Of a DNA stretch of 64,000 bases, positions 20,257-28,644 are shown piece after piece. The stretch covers positions 68,523 to 132,522 of the forward strand of contig JPGV01000015.1 of the NCBI GenBank assembly GCA_000724175.1, given 5' to 3'. The DNA comes from [Candidatus Thermochlorobacteriaceae] bacterium GBChlB (GTDB lineage: Bacteria; Bacteroidota; Chlorobiia; Chlorobiales; Thermochlorobacteraceae). The notes under the pieces are model-generated. The model was not told the DNA's origin and ran no database searches. It was given only the letters and a program-made list of their open reading frames with translations. The first letter of the stretch is position 1. Every line of letters starts with the position of its first letter. The translations under genes and the position numbers were made by a program.

Positions 20257-21225
20257 GTGGATTGCAAGGAAGCCCTTAAACTCATGAGTGCCGCTATTGA
20301 CGGCGAACTCTCACCGCAAAAAGACAGCGAGTTTCACAGTCATATCAGCGAATGCGCCGCTTGCCGCGCTGAATACGACGCGGAGCGTGCCACCAAAGCT
20401 ATCTTGAAGTCAAAACTCAAGCGCGTCAAAGCACCACAAAGCCTTGTCGATGCCATCAAGCGCCAGACGCTTGGAGCGGTCGGCAAAGAAACCAACGTGC
20501 AACTGTCGGTCGATTTTAATTCCGATAAACTGTTCGGTGTCTCCGCTGCCCGCGTTGCAAAATCCAATTGGAGACAGTCGCTGGCTGGCGCGCTCTTTAT
20601 CAACCCGAATTTGAACAGCAAAGCAAACTCGGTTTTCGCGCTTGTCTTGGCAACCAGCGTTTTAGCGATGCTCGTCTTCGCAGGGTTTATGCGAAACCGA
20701 ACTGGCAGCGGCATGTTCGATAAAACAGGCGACGTCGAAGCGGCAACCACCTCAAACATTTTTGAATTGACGAACACCGCCTTTGCCTCCACGCCCGAAA
20801 AAATGAAAACGATTGAACTTCAAAGTGGCGACGCGCAAGTGGTCGCAAATTATTTGTCGAAATCGGTCGGTATTCATGCAGTCGTGCCAGTGGTGAAAGA
20901 ACACACGCTTGCCGCCGCCAAAGTCAGCGCCTTTGGCACTATCAACGCTGGCGAAATGGTCTTTCAAGCAGCTAATAAAAACGACAAGAAATCGCTCGTC
21001 TCTGTATTCGTTGCGCATGAACGCGATGTGCGTCAAGCCAACGTGATGCCCGCTGGCGTGATGGACTACATCTCAGCAGACGGTCGAAATTTCTTTACGA
21101 CCACTTGCTCCAACGGCAATCAAGTCATTGTTTGGAAATGGGGCGAGACGATTTACACCGCAACGACTGCCGACGCACGGCTCAATCTCGCCCAAGCCGT
21201 CCGCAATCCGAATTGGGAAAACTGA
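20257..21225 (+). CDS. anti-sigma factor (zf-HC2 N-terminus, single TM, periplasmic C-terminal domain)
   Basis: GTG start after GGAG. Motif H-x3-C-x2-C (HSHISECAACRAEY). TM segment VFALVLATSVLAMLVFAGFM. Lies directly downstream of the ECF sigma gene. Confidence 0.8.
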   Translation: MDCKEALKLMSAAIDGELSPQKDSEFHSHISECAACRAEYDAERATKAILKSKLKRVKAPQSLVDAIKRQTLGAVGKETNVQLSVDFNSDKLFGVSAARVAKSNWRQSLAGALFINPNLNSKANSVFALVLATSVLAMLVFAGFMRNRTGSGMFDKTGDVEAATTSNIFELTNTAFASTPEKMKTIELQSGDAQVVANYLSKSVGIHAVVPVVKEHTLAAAKVSAFGTINAGEMVFQAANKNDKKSLVSVFVAHERDVRQANVMPAGVMDYISADGRNFFTTTCSNGNQVIVWKWGETIYTATTADARLNLAQAVRNPNWEN

Positions 21226-21304
21226 CGCGCTGACCGCCGCTGAGAAAATGGAAAATGCTGCTGCCCCCGTCGAGCGCACATGCGAGCATACTGGCCAGCC
21301 GAAA

Positions 21305-21739
21305 ATGTCAAACGCATCGCTTTACATCACGCCGTCGCTATCGATTCCGATGTCGGAACTCAGCGTCCAATTCGCTCGAAGCGGCGGAAAGGGCGGGCAG
21401 CATGTCAACAAAGTTGAGACCAAAGCGGAACTCTATTTCAACATTGCCGCGTCGCCATCGCTCAACGACCAAACGCGGACAAGGCTGTTGAAAAAATTGG
21501 CATCGAGAGTAGATTCAGAGGGTGTGCTGAAAATTACCGCGCAGGAGCACCGCAGCCAATATCGAAACCGGGAAGAAGCAACGAAAAAATTGGTTCAAAT
21601 GCTTCAAACGGCGCTTAAAACCGAAACGCCACGCCGAGCCACGAAGCCTACCAAGAATTCCAAAGAGAAACGCATAGAGGAAAAAAAACAACACAGCACG
21701 CGCAAACTCGCCCGAAGAAAACCAATGAGCGAGGAATGA
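21305..21739 (+). CDS. arfB: alternative ribosome-rescue factor ArfB (peptidyl-tRNA hydrolase, GGQ domain)
   Basis: Contains SGGKGGQHVNKVETK and a basic C-terminal tail. The ATG at 21305 gives 144 aa and the ATG at 21248 is also possible. The track start at 21128 overlaps the anti-sigma gene. Confidence 0.8.
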   Translation: MSNASLYITPSLSIPMSELSVQFARSGGKGGQHVNKVETKAELYFNIAASPSLNDQTRTRLLKKLASRVDSEGVLKITAQEHRSQYRNREEATKKLVQMLQTALKTETPRRATKPTKNSKEKRIEEKKQHSTRKLARRKPMSEE

Positions 21740-21755
21740 GCCGTCTCGGTAAAGG

Positions 21756-22805
21756 TTACTGCCGCTTGAGCGATGCAAGTTCAGCCTCTAAGACTTTCAC
21801 GCGCTCGAAGAGCGATTCCAATTTGCCCGTCAAGGCTTCTTGCCGAAGTTGTTTGCGAAGCGGCAAGGCTGGGCTGCCGCGTAAAAACTCACCTTCCTTC
21901 AAATGGGATTTGGTGACGCCTGATTGTCCGCCGAATGTCACGCGATTGGCTACTTCAAGATGCCCAACAAAGCCGACCTGTCCGCCAATCATACAGTTTT
22001 CGCCGAGTTTCGTGCTGCCCGAAAGCCCTGCCTGTGCGGCGATGACGGTGTTGGAGCCGACGAAACAGTTATGTCCGACCTGAACCAAGTTGTCGATTTT
22101 AACGCCGCGCTTGATAATTGTTTCGCCCAGCGTTGCGCGGTCGATACAGACATTGGCGCCGAGTTCGACGTCGTCCTCAATGACAACAATCCCGACCTGC
22201 GGAATTTTTTTGTAAGTCCCGTCCGGCTGCGGCGCAAAGCCGAATCCGTCCGCGCCGACCACCGTGCCTGCATGAATGACAACACGATTCCCGATGTTCA
22301 TGCCGTCGTAAATAACGACGTTAGGGTAAATCACGCAGCCATTGCCGATGCGCGCGCCGTCCAAAACGACGGTGTTTGGGTGTAGCACCGACTGTTCGCC
22401 GATAATGCACCGCTCGCCGATGAAGCAATGCGCGCCGATGCTTGCCGACGGATGAACGGTCGCGGACGGCGCGATAACTGCCGTTGGGTGAACGCCGTCT
22501 CGATGGACGGGGACGCGCGGCATGAATTTTTCCAAGACAAAAACAAATGCGGTGTAAGCGTCGGCGACTTTGATGAACGCTTTGCCGTTGAGCGGCTCGA
22601 CGGGCAAGGTTTTCGGAACAATGAGCGCGGAGGCGGCGGTTTCTGTCAAGAACTTTTCATATTTCGAGTTGGCGATAAAAGATAGGTCGCCTTGCGCGGC
22701 GGTTTCAATACGGGCGACGCGGTGAATGTCAATGGAGCCGTCGCCCAAAAGTTCCACATCGGAAAGCACGGTTTGAAGGTAAGCGGCAATTTCGGCGAGC
22801 GTCAT
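21756..22805 (-). CDS. lpxD: UDP-3-O-acylglucosamine N-acyltransferase
   Basis: Starts MTLAEIAAYL, has long hexapeptide (left-handed beta-helix) repeats and a C-terminal coiled tail. 349 aa from the ATG at 22805. The track ORF continues to the TTG at 22934. Confidence 0.88.
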   Translation of the reverse strand: MTLAEIAAYLQTVLSDVELLGDGSIDIHRVARIETAAQGDLSFIANSKYEKFLTETAASALIVPKTLPVEPLNGKAFIKVADAYTAFVFVLEKFMPRVPVHRDGVHPTAVIAPSATVHPSASIGAHCFIGERCIIGEQSVLHPNTVVLDGARIGNGCVIYPNVVIYDGMNIGNRVVIHAGTVVGADGFGFAPQPDGTYKKIPQVGIVVIEDDVELGANVCIDRATLGETIIKRGVKIDNLVQVGHNCFVGSNTVIAAQAGLSGSTKLGENCMIGGQVGFVGHLEVANRVTFGGQSGVTKSHLKEGEFLRGSPALPLRKQLRQEALTGKLESLFERVKVLEAELASLKRQ

Positions 22806-22873
22806 AGCGTAAAATGCGGTTAAACAGTCGTGTGAAAAATGTGAAAAAAACGCGCGGTTTTTCGGAACGGACG

Positions 22874-22885
22874 CGCTATATTTGC
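22874..22885 (+). promoter_or_regulatory. CGCTATATTTGC box (contains TAnnTTTG), candidate -7 promoter element for prs
   Basis: Identical 12-mer to 47021-47032. Lies in the lpxD/prs divergent intergenic region, 106 nt upstream of the prs GTG. Confidence 0.25.
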
Positions 22886-22990
22886 GCCTCATTTTTTGAG
22901 CACGTTCGCACAAAGCAGCGCGAATATACGCCAAAAAGACGAGACGAAAACTTCAACAATTGAGTCGAGCTCTTCGGAGAAGCGGTCGCT

Positions 22991-23929
22991 GTGTTCAAGA
23001 CGATTAAAATTTTTGCGGGGCGGAGCAATCGCCCGTTGTCGGAAAAAATCGCGCAGCACTTGTCGCTGCCAATTTGCAAAGCCGAAGTGCGCAGTTTTTC
23101 CGACGGCGAAATCACGGTGCATTACAACGAGTCGATTCGTGGCAGCGATTTGTTCATCATTCAATCGACAAACTCGCCCGCCGAAAATTTGCTTGAACTC
23201 TTAATCTTGATTGACGCTGCCAAACGCGCGTCGGCAAGTCGCATCACGGCGGTCATTCCCTACTACGGCTATGCACGGCAAGACCGTAAAGACCAGCCGC
23301 GCGTCTCGATAACGGCGAAACTGATTGCCAACTTGATTACGACCGCTGGTGCCGACCGCATGCTCACGATGGACTTGCACGCGCCGCAAATTCAAGGGTT
23401 CTTTGATATTCCGTTTGACCACCTGTATTCAGCGGGCATTCTCATCGACCATGTCAAAACGCTGAGCATCACCGATAATCTGGTGGTTGCCTCACCCGAT
23501 GTTGGCGGCGTCAAACTTGCGCGCGCCTACGCCAAACGCTTGGAATGCGACTTGGTCATTTGCGACAAACGTCGCCCGCGCGCCAACGAAGCCGAAATTA
23601 TGAACATCATTGGCGATGTGAAAGGTAAAAATGTGTTGCTCGTCGACGATATGATTGACACGGGCGGCACGATGGTCGGCGCAGCAAACGCGCTCAAACA
23701 GCATGGCGCTTTGCGCATCTTCGCTGCTTGCACACACCCGATTCTGTCGGGCGAAGCCGTCAAGCGAATCGAAAATTCAGTGATTGAAAAAGTGATAGCG
23801 ACCGATTCTGTCGTTACAACGCATGCGCCGATGGAGAAATTGGAAATCGTTTCCGTGAGCGGGCTGTTCGCCGAGGCGATTAAAAGAATCTACGACGACA
23901 GTTCCATCAGTTCGCTCTTCGATGACTGA
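22991..23929 (+). CDS. prs: ribose-phosphate pyrophosphokinase
   Basis: 312 aa, GTG start. Contains IKIFAGRSNRPLSEKIA, YYGYARQDRK and the PRPP loop LLVDDMIDTGGT. Confidence 0.92.
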   Translation: MFKTIKIFAGRSNRPLSEKIAQHLSLPICKAEVRSFSDGEITVHYNESIRGSDLFIIQSTNSPAENLLELLILIDAAKRASASRITAVIPYYGYARQDRKDQPRVSITAKLIANLITTAGADRMLTMDLHAPQIQGFFDIPFDHLYSAGILIDHVKTLSITDNLVVASPDVGGVKLARAYAKRLECDLVICDKRRPRANEAEIMNIIGDVKGKNVLLVDDMIDTGGTMVGAANALKQHGALRIFAACTHPILSGEAVKRIENSVIEKVIATDSVVTTHAPMEKLEIVSVSGLFAEAIKRIYDDSSISSLFDD

Positions 23930-23948
23930 GCAAAGGCAGCGAAAACAA

Positions 23949-23974
23949 TTAGAAAATTTTAGAAACATTAGAAA
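23949..23974 (+). repeat. three phased TTAGAAA direct repeats in the prs-rplY spacer
   Basis: TTAGAAA at 23949-55, 23959-65 and 23968-74 (period 9-10 nt), 15 nt upstream of the rplY ATG. Confidence 0.6.
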
Positions 23975-23988
23975 CAAACATCAGAACT

Positions 23989-24651
23989 ATGCAAACCGTT
24001 ACACTTGAAGCGGAACTCAGAACCGCACAAACCAAAGGCTCGCGCCGCGCCCTGCGCCAACAAGGACTTGTGCCAGCAGTCGTCTATCACAAAGGCGAAG
24101 CATCAATGACGATTGCGGTCAAAGAATCGCAACTGCGAAAACTGGTTTACACAACCGAATCGCACTTGGTCAATTTGAAACTTTCCAACGGCACAGAACG
24201 CCAAGCCGTAATGAAAGATACGCAGTTCGATCCCGTTACCGAAGGCATTTTACACGCCGACTTTCAAATCCTGAAAGCTGACGAACCACTTGACATTGAA
24301 GTGCCGACGATGTTCAAAGGCACGCCTGCGGGCGCTATCAAAGGCGGACGGGTGCAAGTCATTCTGCACAAACTTATGGTGCGCTCGCTGCCCGCCGATA
24401 TTCCCGAACACATTGAGTTCGACATCACGCACATGGACTTGAACGACACGCTGCACGTCGGCGACGCCAATAAACTCTATGCGTCGGAAAAGTGGAAAAT
24501 TCTGGGCGATGAAACCATTTCGATTGTCTCTATCGTCGCGCCGAGAGCCGAAGTCTCTGCAACTGCCGCAGCCGAAGCAGCGACCGCTGAGCCCGAAGTC
24601 ATTACTAAAGGCAAAGAAAAAGCCGGCGAGAAAACCGACGCCAAAAAGTAA
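23989..24651 (+). CDS. rplY: 50S ribosomal protein L25 / general stress protein Ctc (long form)
   Basis: 220 aa. Contains LEAELRT..KGSRRALRQQGLVPAVVY and an A/E/K-rich C-terminal tail. Conserved position downstream of prs. Confidence 0.88.
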   Translation: MQTVTLEAELRTAQTKGSRRALRQQGLVPAVVYHKGEASMTIAVKESQLRKLVYTTESHLVNLKLSNGTERQAVMKDTQFDPVTEGILHADFQILKADEPLDIEVPTMFKGTPAGAIKGGRVQVILHKLMVRSLPADIPEHIEFDITHMDLNDTLHVGDANKLYASEKWKILGDETISIVSIVAPRAEVSATAAAEAATAEPEVITKGKEKAGEKTDAKK

Positions 24652-24667
24652 TCCGATTGCGCCAATT

Positions 24668-24700
24668 GAGTCAGGTGCGGCGTGCGATGCCGCCCGACTC
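24668..24700. terminator. GC-rich hairpin between the convergent rplY and response-regulator genes (no T-run)
   Basis: GAGTC(A)GG(T)GCGGC-gtgcgat-GCCGCCCGACTC. Confidence 0.4.
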
Positions 24701-24730
24701 TGCAGATAGCTCGACTGTGAAAGAAAACTG

Positions 24731-25138
24731 TTAGGAGACAAAGTTCTCTATGACGGAAAGTAGTGTTGCGACGCTGAACGGTTTTTGCATCACAACGACT
24801 TTGGAGTCTGAATTGAATTTCTGCATATCAATTTCCCGTTCATACCCTGTGATGACGATGACAGGCAATGTAGGCGCGTCCTGACGAATTACCTCCAACA
24901 GCTTATCACCGCGCATCTTCGGCATAATTAAATCCGTAACGAGGGCGACGATTTTAGAGGCATGTGTGCGGTAGAGCTTCAGACCATCTTCGCCATCTTT
25001 GGCAAGAAGGACATTGTAGTCGTCGGCAAGAATATCTTTCACCAACTCGCGGATAAGCGCCTCGTCGTCGACAACGAGAATAGATTTTTTATCTTCAAGC
25101 GCTGAATCCAGCGGAGCGGTCTGCTTAGAGAGAGCCAC
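24731..25138 (-). CDS. stand-alone response-regulator receiver protein (CheY-like)
   Basis: 135 aa, GTG start. Contains ILVVDDE, phospho-acceptor context LVTDLIMPKM, and PVIVITGY. No output domain. Confidence 0.85.
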   Translation of the reverse strand: MALSKQTAPLDSALEDKKSILVVDDEALIRELVKDILADDYNVLLAKDGEDGLKLYRTHASKIVALVTDLIMPKMRGDKLLEVIRQDAPTLPVIVITGYEREIDMQKFNSDSKVVVMQKPFSVATLLSVIENFVS

Positions 25139-25235
25139 GTTCGAGCTTCTGTTAGATTAAATACGGAATATAGCATTTTTCCCTATCGGCTGCAATGCCT
25201 TTGCAAGGCGCGAGAAGCTGGCTTGTGAAAAGAGT

Positions 25236-25249
25236 TGAAATGAATTTCA
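25236..25249. promoter_or_regulatory. inverted repeat TGAAAT-GA-ATTTCA in the shared response-regulator/gpx intergenic region (candidate operator)
   Basis: 6-2-6 inverted repeat about 70 nt upstream of the gpx ATG. A second hairpin CGTCTC-n8-GAGACG lies at 25270-25289, and its loop again contains AATTTCA. Confidence 0.2.
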
Positions 25250-25317
25250 CATGAAAGCGGTTATGGCATCGTCTCCAATTTCAGAGACGAAACGCTAATC
25301 CTAATTCACAAACGATT

Positions 25318-25851
25318 ATGTTCAAATCTGTTTTATTTGCTGCTGCGCTCTTTGTTGCTCTGCCCGTGTCGAGCATTTTCGAGTTCACCGTCAAGACCAT
25401 TGATGGAAAAGACAAATCGCTTGCCGATTACAAAGGTAAAGTGGTCGTCATCGTCAATGTTGCGTCCGAGTGCGGATACACACCGCAATATGCCGATCTT
25501 GAAAAGCTCTATGAGAAATACAAAGACAAGGGCTTGGTGGTCTTAGGTTTTCCCTCCAACGATTTCGGAGGACAAGAGCCGGGCAGCAATGCGCAAATCA
25601 AAGAGTTCTGCACCACGAAGTTTGGCGTCAAGTTCGATATGTTTGAGAAAATTCCCGTCAAAGGAGATGCCAAACACCCGCTCTACAAGTTTCTGACTGC
25701 AAATGCAACACCCAACGGCGAAGTGAAGTGGAACTTTGAGAAGTTCCTCATTGCCAAAGATGGTTCAATCGTCGGGCGCTTCAGAAGCGGCGTCAATCCA
25801 ATGAGCGAAGAATTTACCGCCGCTATCGAGAAAGAACTGGCGAAAAAATAA
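25318..25851 (+). CDS. glutathione peroxidase (Cys-type) with an N-terminal signal-like segment
   Basis: 177 aa. Contains NVASECGYT (catalytic residue encoded by TGC at 25471-73, not TGA), LGFPSNDFGGQEPG and WNFEKFL. Confidence 0.9.
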   Translation: MFKSVLFAAALFVALPVSSIFEFTVKTIDGKDKSLADYKGKVVVIVNVASECGYTPQYADLEKLYEKYKDKGLVVLGFPSNDFGGQEPGSNAQIKEFCTTKFGVKFDMFEKIPVKGDAKHPLYKFLTANATPNGEVKWNFEKFLIAKDGSIVGRFRSGVNPMSEEFTAAIEKELAKK

Positions 25852-25866
25852 CCCTTGTTCACCGCT

Positions 25867-25896
25867 GCGTCCGCCGTTCAGCGCGTCGGCGGACGC
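25867..25896 (+). terminator. 10-bp GC-rich hairpin after gpx
   Basis: GCGTCCGCCG-ttcagcgcgt-CGGCGGACGC with a weak T-tract. Confidence 0.45.
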
Positions 25897-25912
25897 CTAA
25901 ACATCTTCGTCT

Positions 25913-26482
25913 ATGCCAATATCTTTGCCAAGCGACCCCAAAGCATGGAAAACCTTAGATTCAAAGTATCTTTTTCAAAAGCCATGGCTGACGATGCGTC
26001 AAGACCGCGTCGAGTTGCCCAACGGCAGCACGATAGACGAGTTTTATGTGTGGGAGTATCCGGCGTGGGTGAATGTCATTCCTGTTACAGCGTCGGGCGA
26101 GGTGGTTCTCATCCGCCAATTTCGTTACGGCATAAAAGATGTCTACTACGAACTATGCGCGGGCGTCGTTGACGCCGGAGAAGAGCCGCTCGATGCGGCG
26201 AAGCGTGAGCTGTTGGAAGAGACGGGCTACGGCGGCGGCGAATGGTCGCACTTTATGCAACTGTGCGCCAATCCTGCTATTCAAACGAACCTGACGCATA
26301 CATTTATTGCCAAAGGCGTTGAGCTGAAACAACCGCAAGCGTTGGAAAAGACAGAAGAAATCACAGTACATTTGCTCCCGCCGAAAGAGGTTTTGAACGT
26401 GATTCAAGCGGGCGAAATTGTTCAAGCACTTCACGCGGCACCGCTGTTGAAATTTTTGTTGCAAAACGGACACGGACGATAA
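25913..26482 (+). CDS. NUDIX hydrolase (ADP-ribose pyrophosphatase-like)
   Basis: 189 aa. Nudix box GVVDAGEEPLDAAKRELLEETGY. Confidence 0.85.
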   Translation: MPISLPSDPKAWKTLDSKYLFQKPWLTMRQDRVELPNGSTIDEFYVWEYPAWVNVIPVTASGEVVLIRQFRYGIKDVYYELCAGVVDAGEEPLDAAKRELLEETGYGGGEWSHFMQLCANPAIQTNLTHTFIAKGVELKQPQALEKTEEITVHLLPPKEVLNVIQAGEIVQALHAAPLLKFLLQNGHGR

Positions 26483-26489
26483 CCGCCTA

Positions 26490-27128
26490 ATGGACATCGA
26501 ACACTTAAACCACGCGCTGTTCTTCTGGATTAACAACGCGCTCAAAAGCCCTCTCGGTGACGTGCTGCTCGGCTACACGACGCATCTCGGAAACGGCATG
26601 GTTGTCTTTCCCGTGGCGCTGCTGTGGCTGTACATCGCCGACCGAAATGCTTTTGTCAGAAATGTATTTGCGTTGGCACTGACGGGACTGATATGTGGCG
26701 TTTTGCTGACAGGGGCAAAAGCGTTCTTCAATGCGCCGCGCCCGCTCGCAGTATTTCAAGACGCGATTCAGCAAGGCGCCGTGGTGGTCAATGTGATGTT
26801 CGAGCCGCTGTATGAAAAATCATTTCCGTCGGGACATTCGCAAACGGCGTTCACTGTTGCCCACGCGCTTGTCGTACTGATTTCAAAGAGCCGCCAACTG
26901 TCAATGCTTGTAAAATCAAGTGTCTACGGCTTAGCAGCGTTGACGTCGCTCTCGAGAGTGTATGTTGGGGCGCATTTTCCGTTGGATGTCGTTGCGGGCG
27001 CTGTGTTGGGCGCTGCGTCGGCGCATGTGGCGTTGCTCTCAATTGAGGCGGTAACGCGCTATATTGCCACTCGGAAACTGGTGCAACCTGAAACACAGGC
27101 AACTCGAACGCCTGATGTGAAAAATTAA
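26490..27128 (+). CDS. PAP2-family membrane phosphatase
   Basis: 212 aa. Contains KAFFNAPRP, SFPSGHS and SRVYVGAHFPLDV (the three PAP2 motifs). Confidence 0.85.
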   Translation: MDIEHLNHALFFWINNALKSPLGDVLLGYTTHLGNGMVVFPVALLWLYIADRNAFVRNVFALALTGLICGVLLTGAKAFFNAPRPLAVFQDAIQQGAVVVNVMFEPLYEKSFPSGHSQTAFTVAHALVVLISKSRQLSMLVKSSVYGLAALTSLSRVYVGAHFPLDVVAGAVLGAASAHVALLSIEAVTRYIATRKLVQPETQATRTPDVKN

Positions 27129-27134
27129 CCTGTT

Positions 27135-27605
27135 ATGTGGTTTAGAATCCAAACGCTTTATTTAATGCTCGCAGGAATATGCGCTGCGCTGAATTGTGGC
27201 GTTCTTCCGTTTTGGAAATACAGTTTCGAAGGCACAACTGCTGAACCGATGCTGCTTTACGGGTTTGGTAACTTCGGGCGCGGCGCCCTACTTGGAACGC
27301 TGTTTTGGCTGTTCAATGCGACCCTTGCGCTATCGGTCGCGTTGCCTGCAATAACGAGTGTTTTGTTCTCCAATCGAAAGCTGCAAACAACGCTGGTAAC
27401 AATTTCCATGGGCGTGGCGGTCTCGGCGATTGTCTTCGCTGTGTTCAGCGCGCTCTTACTGCAAAGTAAATTAGGGAGTTCGAGCGTGACCAATATGCCG
27501 CAACTTGGACTGCTGCTGCTTGTGCTTTCGCCGATATTTTTATTGTTATCGCGCGGCGGAATCCTGAAAGACGAAGAAATTGCCACCGCCTATAAACGCC
27601 TGTAA
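27135..27605 (+). CDS. DUF4293-family membrane protein
   Basis: 156 aa with 4 TM helices. The N-terminus MWFRIQTLYLMLAG is typical of DUF4293 in FCB bacteria (recalled). Confidence 0.6.
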   Translation: MWFRIQTLYLMLAGICAALNCGVLPFWKYSFEGTTAEPMLLYGFGNFGRGALLGTLFWLFNATLALSVALPAITSVLFSNRKLQTTLVTISMGVAVSAIVFAVFSALLLQSKLGSSSVTNMPQLGLLLLVLSPIFLLLSRGGILKDEEIATAYKRL

Positions 27606-27623
27606 ATAAAAGGAGTAAAGCTG

Positions 27624-28637
27624 ATGTTGATTCTCTGGACGCAAGGCGATACCAACGGCATTGGCAGTGAGGTGATTTTGAAATCTTTTCATCGATGGCG
27701 CCACCGCCCGCATCGAGCAGTCGTCGTCGGCTCGTATTGTATGATGAAGTTTTATGAAAAACGCTTGAACTTGACGACGCCTTTGGTTGAAATTGAATCG
27801 CTCAATGACATACCAATGCAGGAGAAAACGCCCGATGAGCCGCTTTATGTGTTGAGCCTATCGTGCAACATCAAAGCCAATGTTGGCGAAATTCAGGCGG
27901 ACGCGGGCGAACTTTCAATGAAAGCAGTGGAACGCGCTGCAACGCTGTGCCTAAGCGGCGAAGCTGATGCCATGGTTACGGCACCAATTCACAAAGAAGC
28001 AATTGCAAAAGCGGGATACCCGTTTCAAGGACACACGGATTTTTTGGAACATCTGTCTCAAAGCGGACGTGCTCAGATGTTGCTCTGCGACATAGAGACG
28101 AACTTAAAAGTCGCGTTGGCGACCGTGCATATTCCGCTTGGGAAGGTGTCGGAAACCTTACGCGCGTCGGGCTTGCGTCCGCACCTTACGGCGCTTGCCA
28201 ATGCGCTCACAAAAAATTTTGGCATTCAGACGCCGCGCCTTGCCGTGTTGGGGCTCAATCCCCATGCGTCCGACAACGGCGTCATCGGAAAAGAAGAAAC
28301 CGAATTTTTGCAACCCGAACTTGCCTTGCTCAAACAAGACTTCTGTGTCGACGGACTATTTGCAGCCGACGGATTTTTCGGCGCAAAACGCTACAAAGAG
28401 TTCGATGCTGTGCTTGCACTGTATCACGACCAAGGCTTGATTCCGTTTAAAATGCTCGCGTTTGAAACGGGCGTGAATATGACGACAGGCTTGCCAATCG
28501 TGCGCACATCGCCCGACCACGGAACAGCATTTGACATTGCAGGCAAAGGCATTGCCAACGAGGCAAGTTTTTTATCGGCAACTCATCTTGCCATACAAGT
28601 CGCAGAGAGGCGGCGGCATTTGGAAACAACGGCATGA
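27624..28637 (+). CDS. pdxA: 4-hydroxythreonine-4-phosphate dehydrogenase
   Basis: 337 aa. Contains GDTNGIGSEV, GHTDFL, LNPHASDNG, HDQGLIPFK and VRTSPDHGTAFDIAGKG. Confidence 0.88.
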   Translation: MLILWTQGDTNGIGSEVILKSFHRWRHRPHRAVVVGSYCMMKFYEKRLNLTTPLVEIESLNDIPMQEKTPDEPLYVLSLSCNIKANVGEIQADAGELSMKAVERAATLCLSGEADAMVTAPIHKEAIAKAGYPFQGHTDFLEHLSQSGRAQMLLCDIETNLKVALATVHIPLGKVSETLRASGLRPHLTALANALTKNFGIQTPRLAVLGLNPHASDNGVIGKEETEFLQPELALLKQDFCVDGLFAADGFFGAKRYKEFDAVLALYHDQGLIPFKMLAFETGVNMTTGLPIVRTSPDHGTAFDIAGKGIANEASFLSATHLAIQVAERRRHLETTA

Positions 28638-28644
28638 ACTTCAG

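Noticed and set aside
21128-21304. N-terminal extension of the ArfB ORF (track start 21128)
   Set aside because: It would overlap the anti-sigma gene by about 100 nt. The ArfB homology (GGQ domain) begins just after the ATG at 21305, and ArfB proteins are about 140 aa.
25471-25473. Possible selenocysteine (TGA) at the glutathione peroxidase active site
   Set aside because: The catalytic codon is TGC (Cys) in the context NVASECGYT, so no recoding is needed.
28531-28644. N-terminal extension of the FtsE ORF
   Set aside because: It overlaps the pdxA C-terminus in another frame. The FtsE homology starts at MISLRDV (ATG at 28645).
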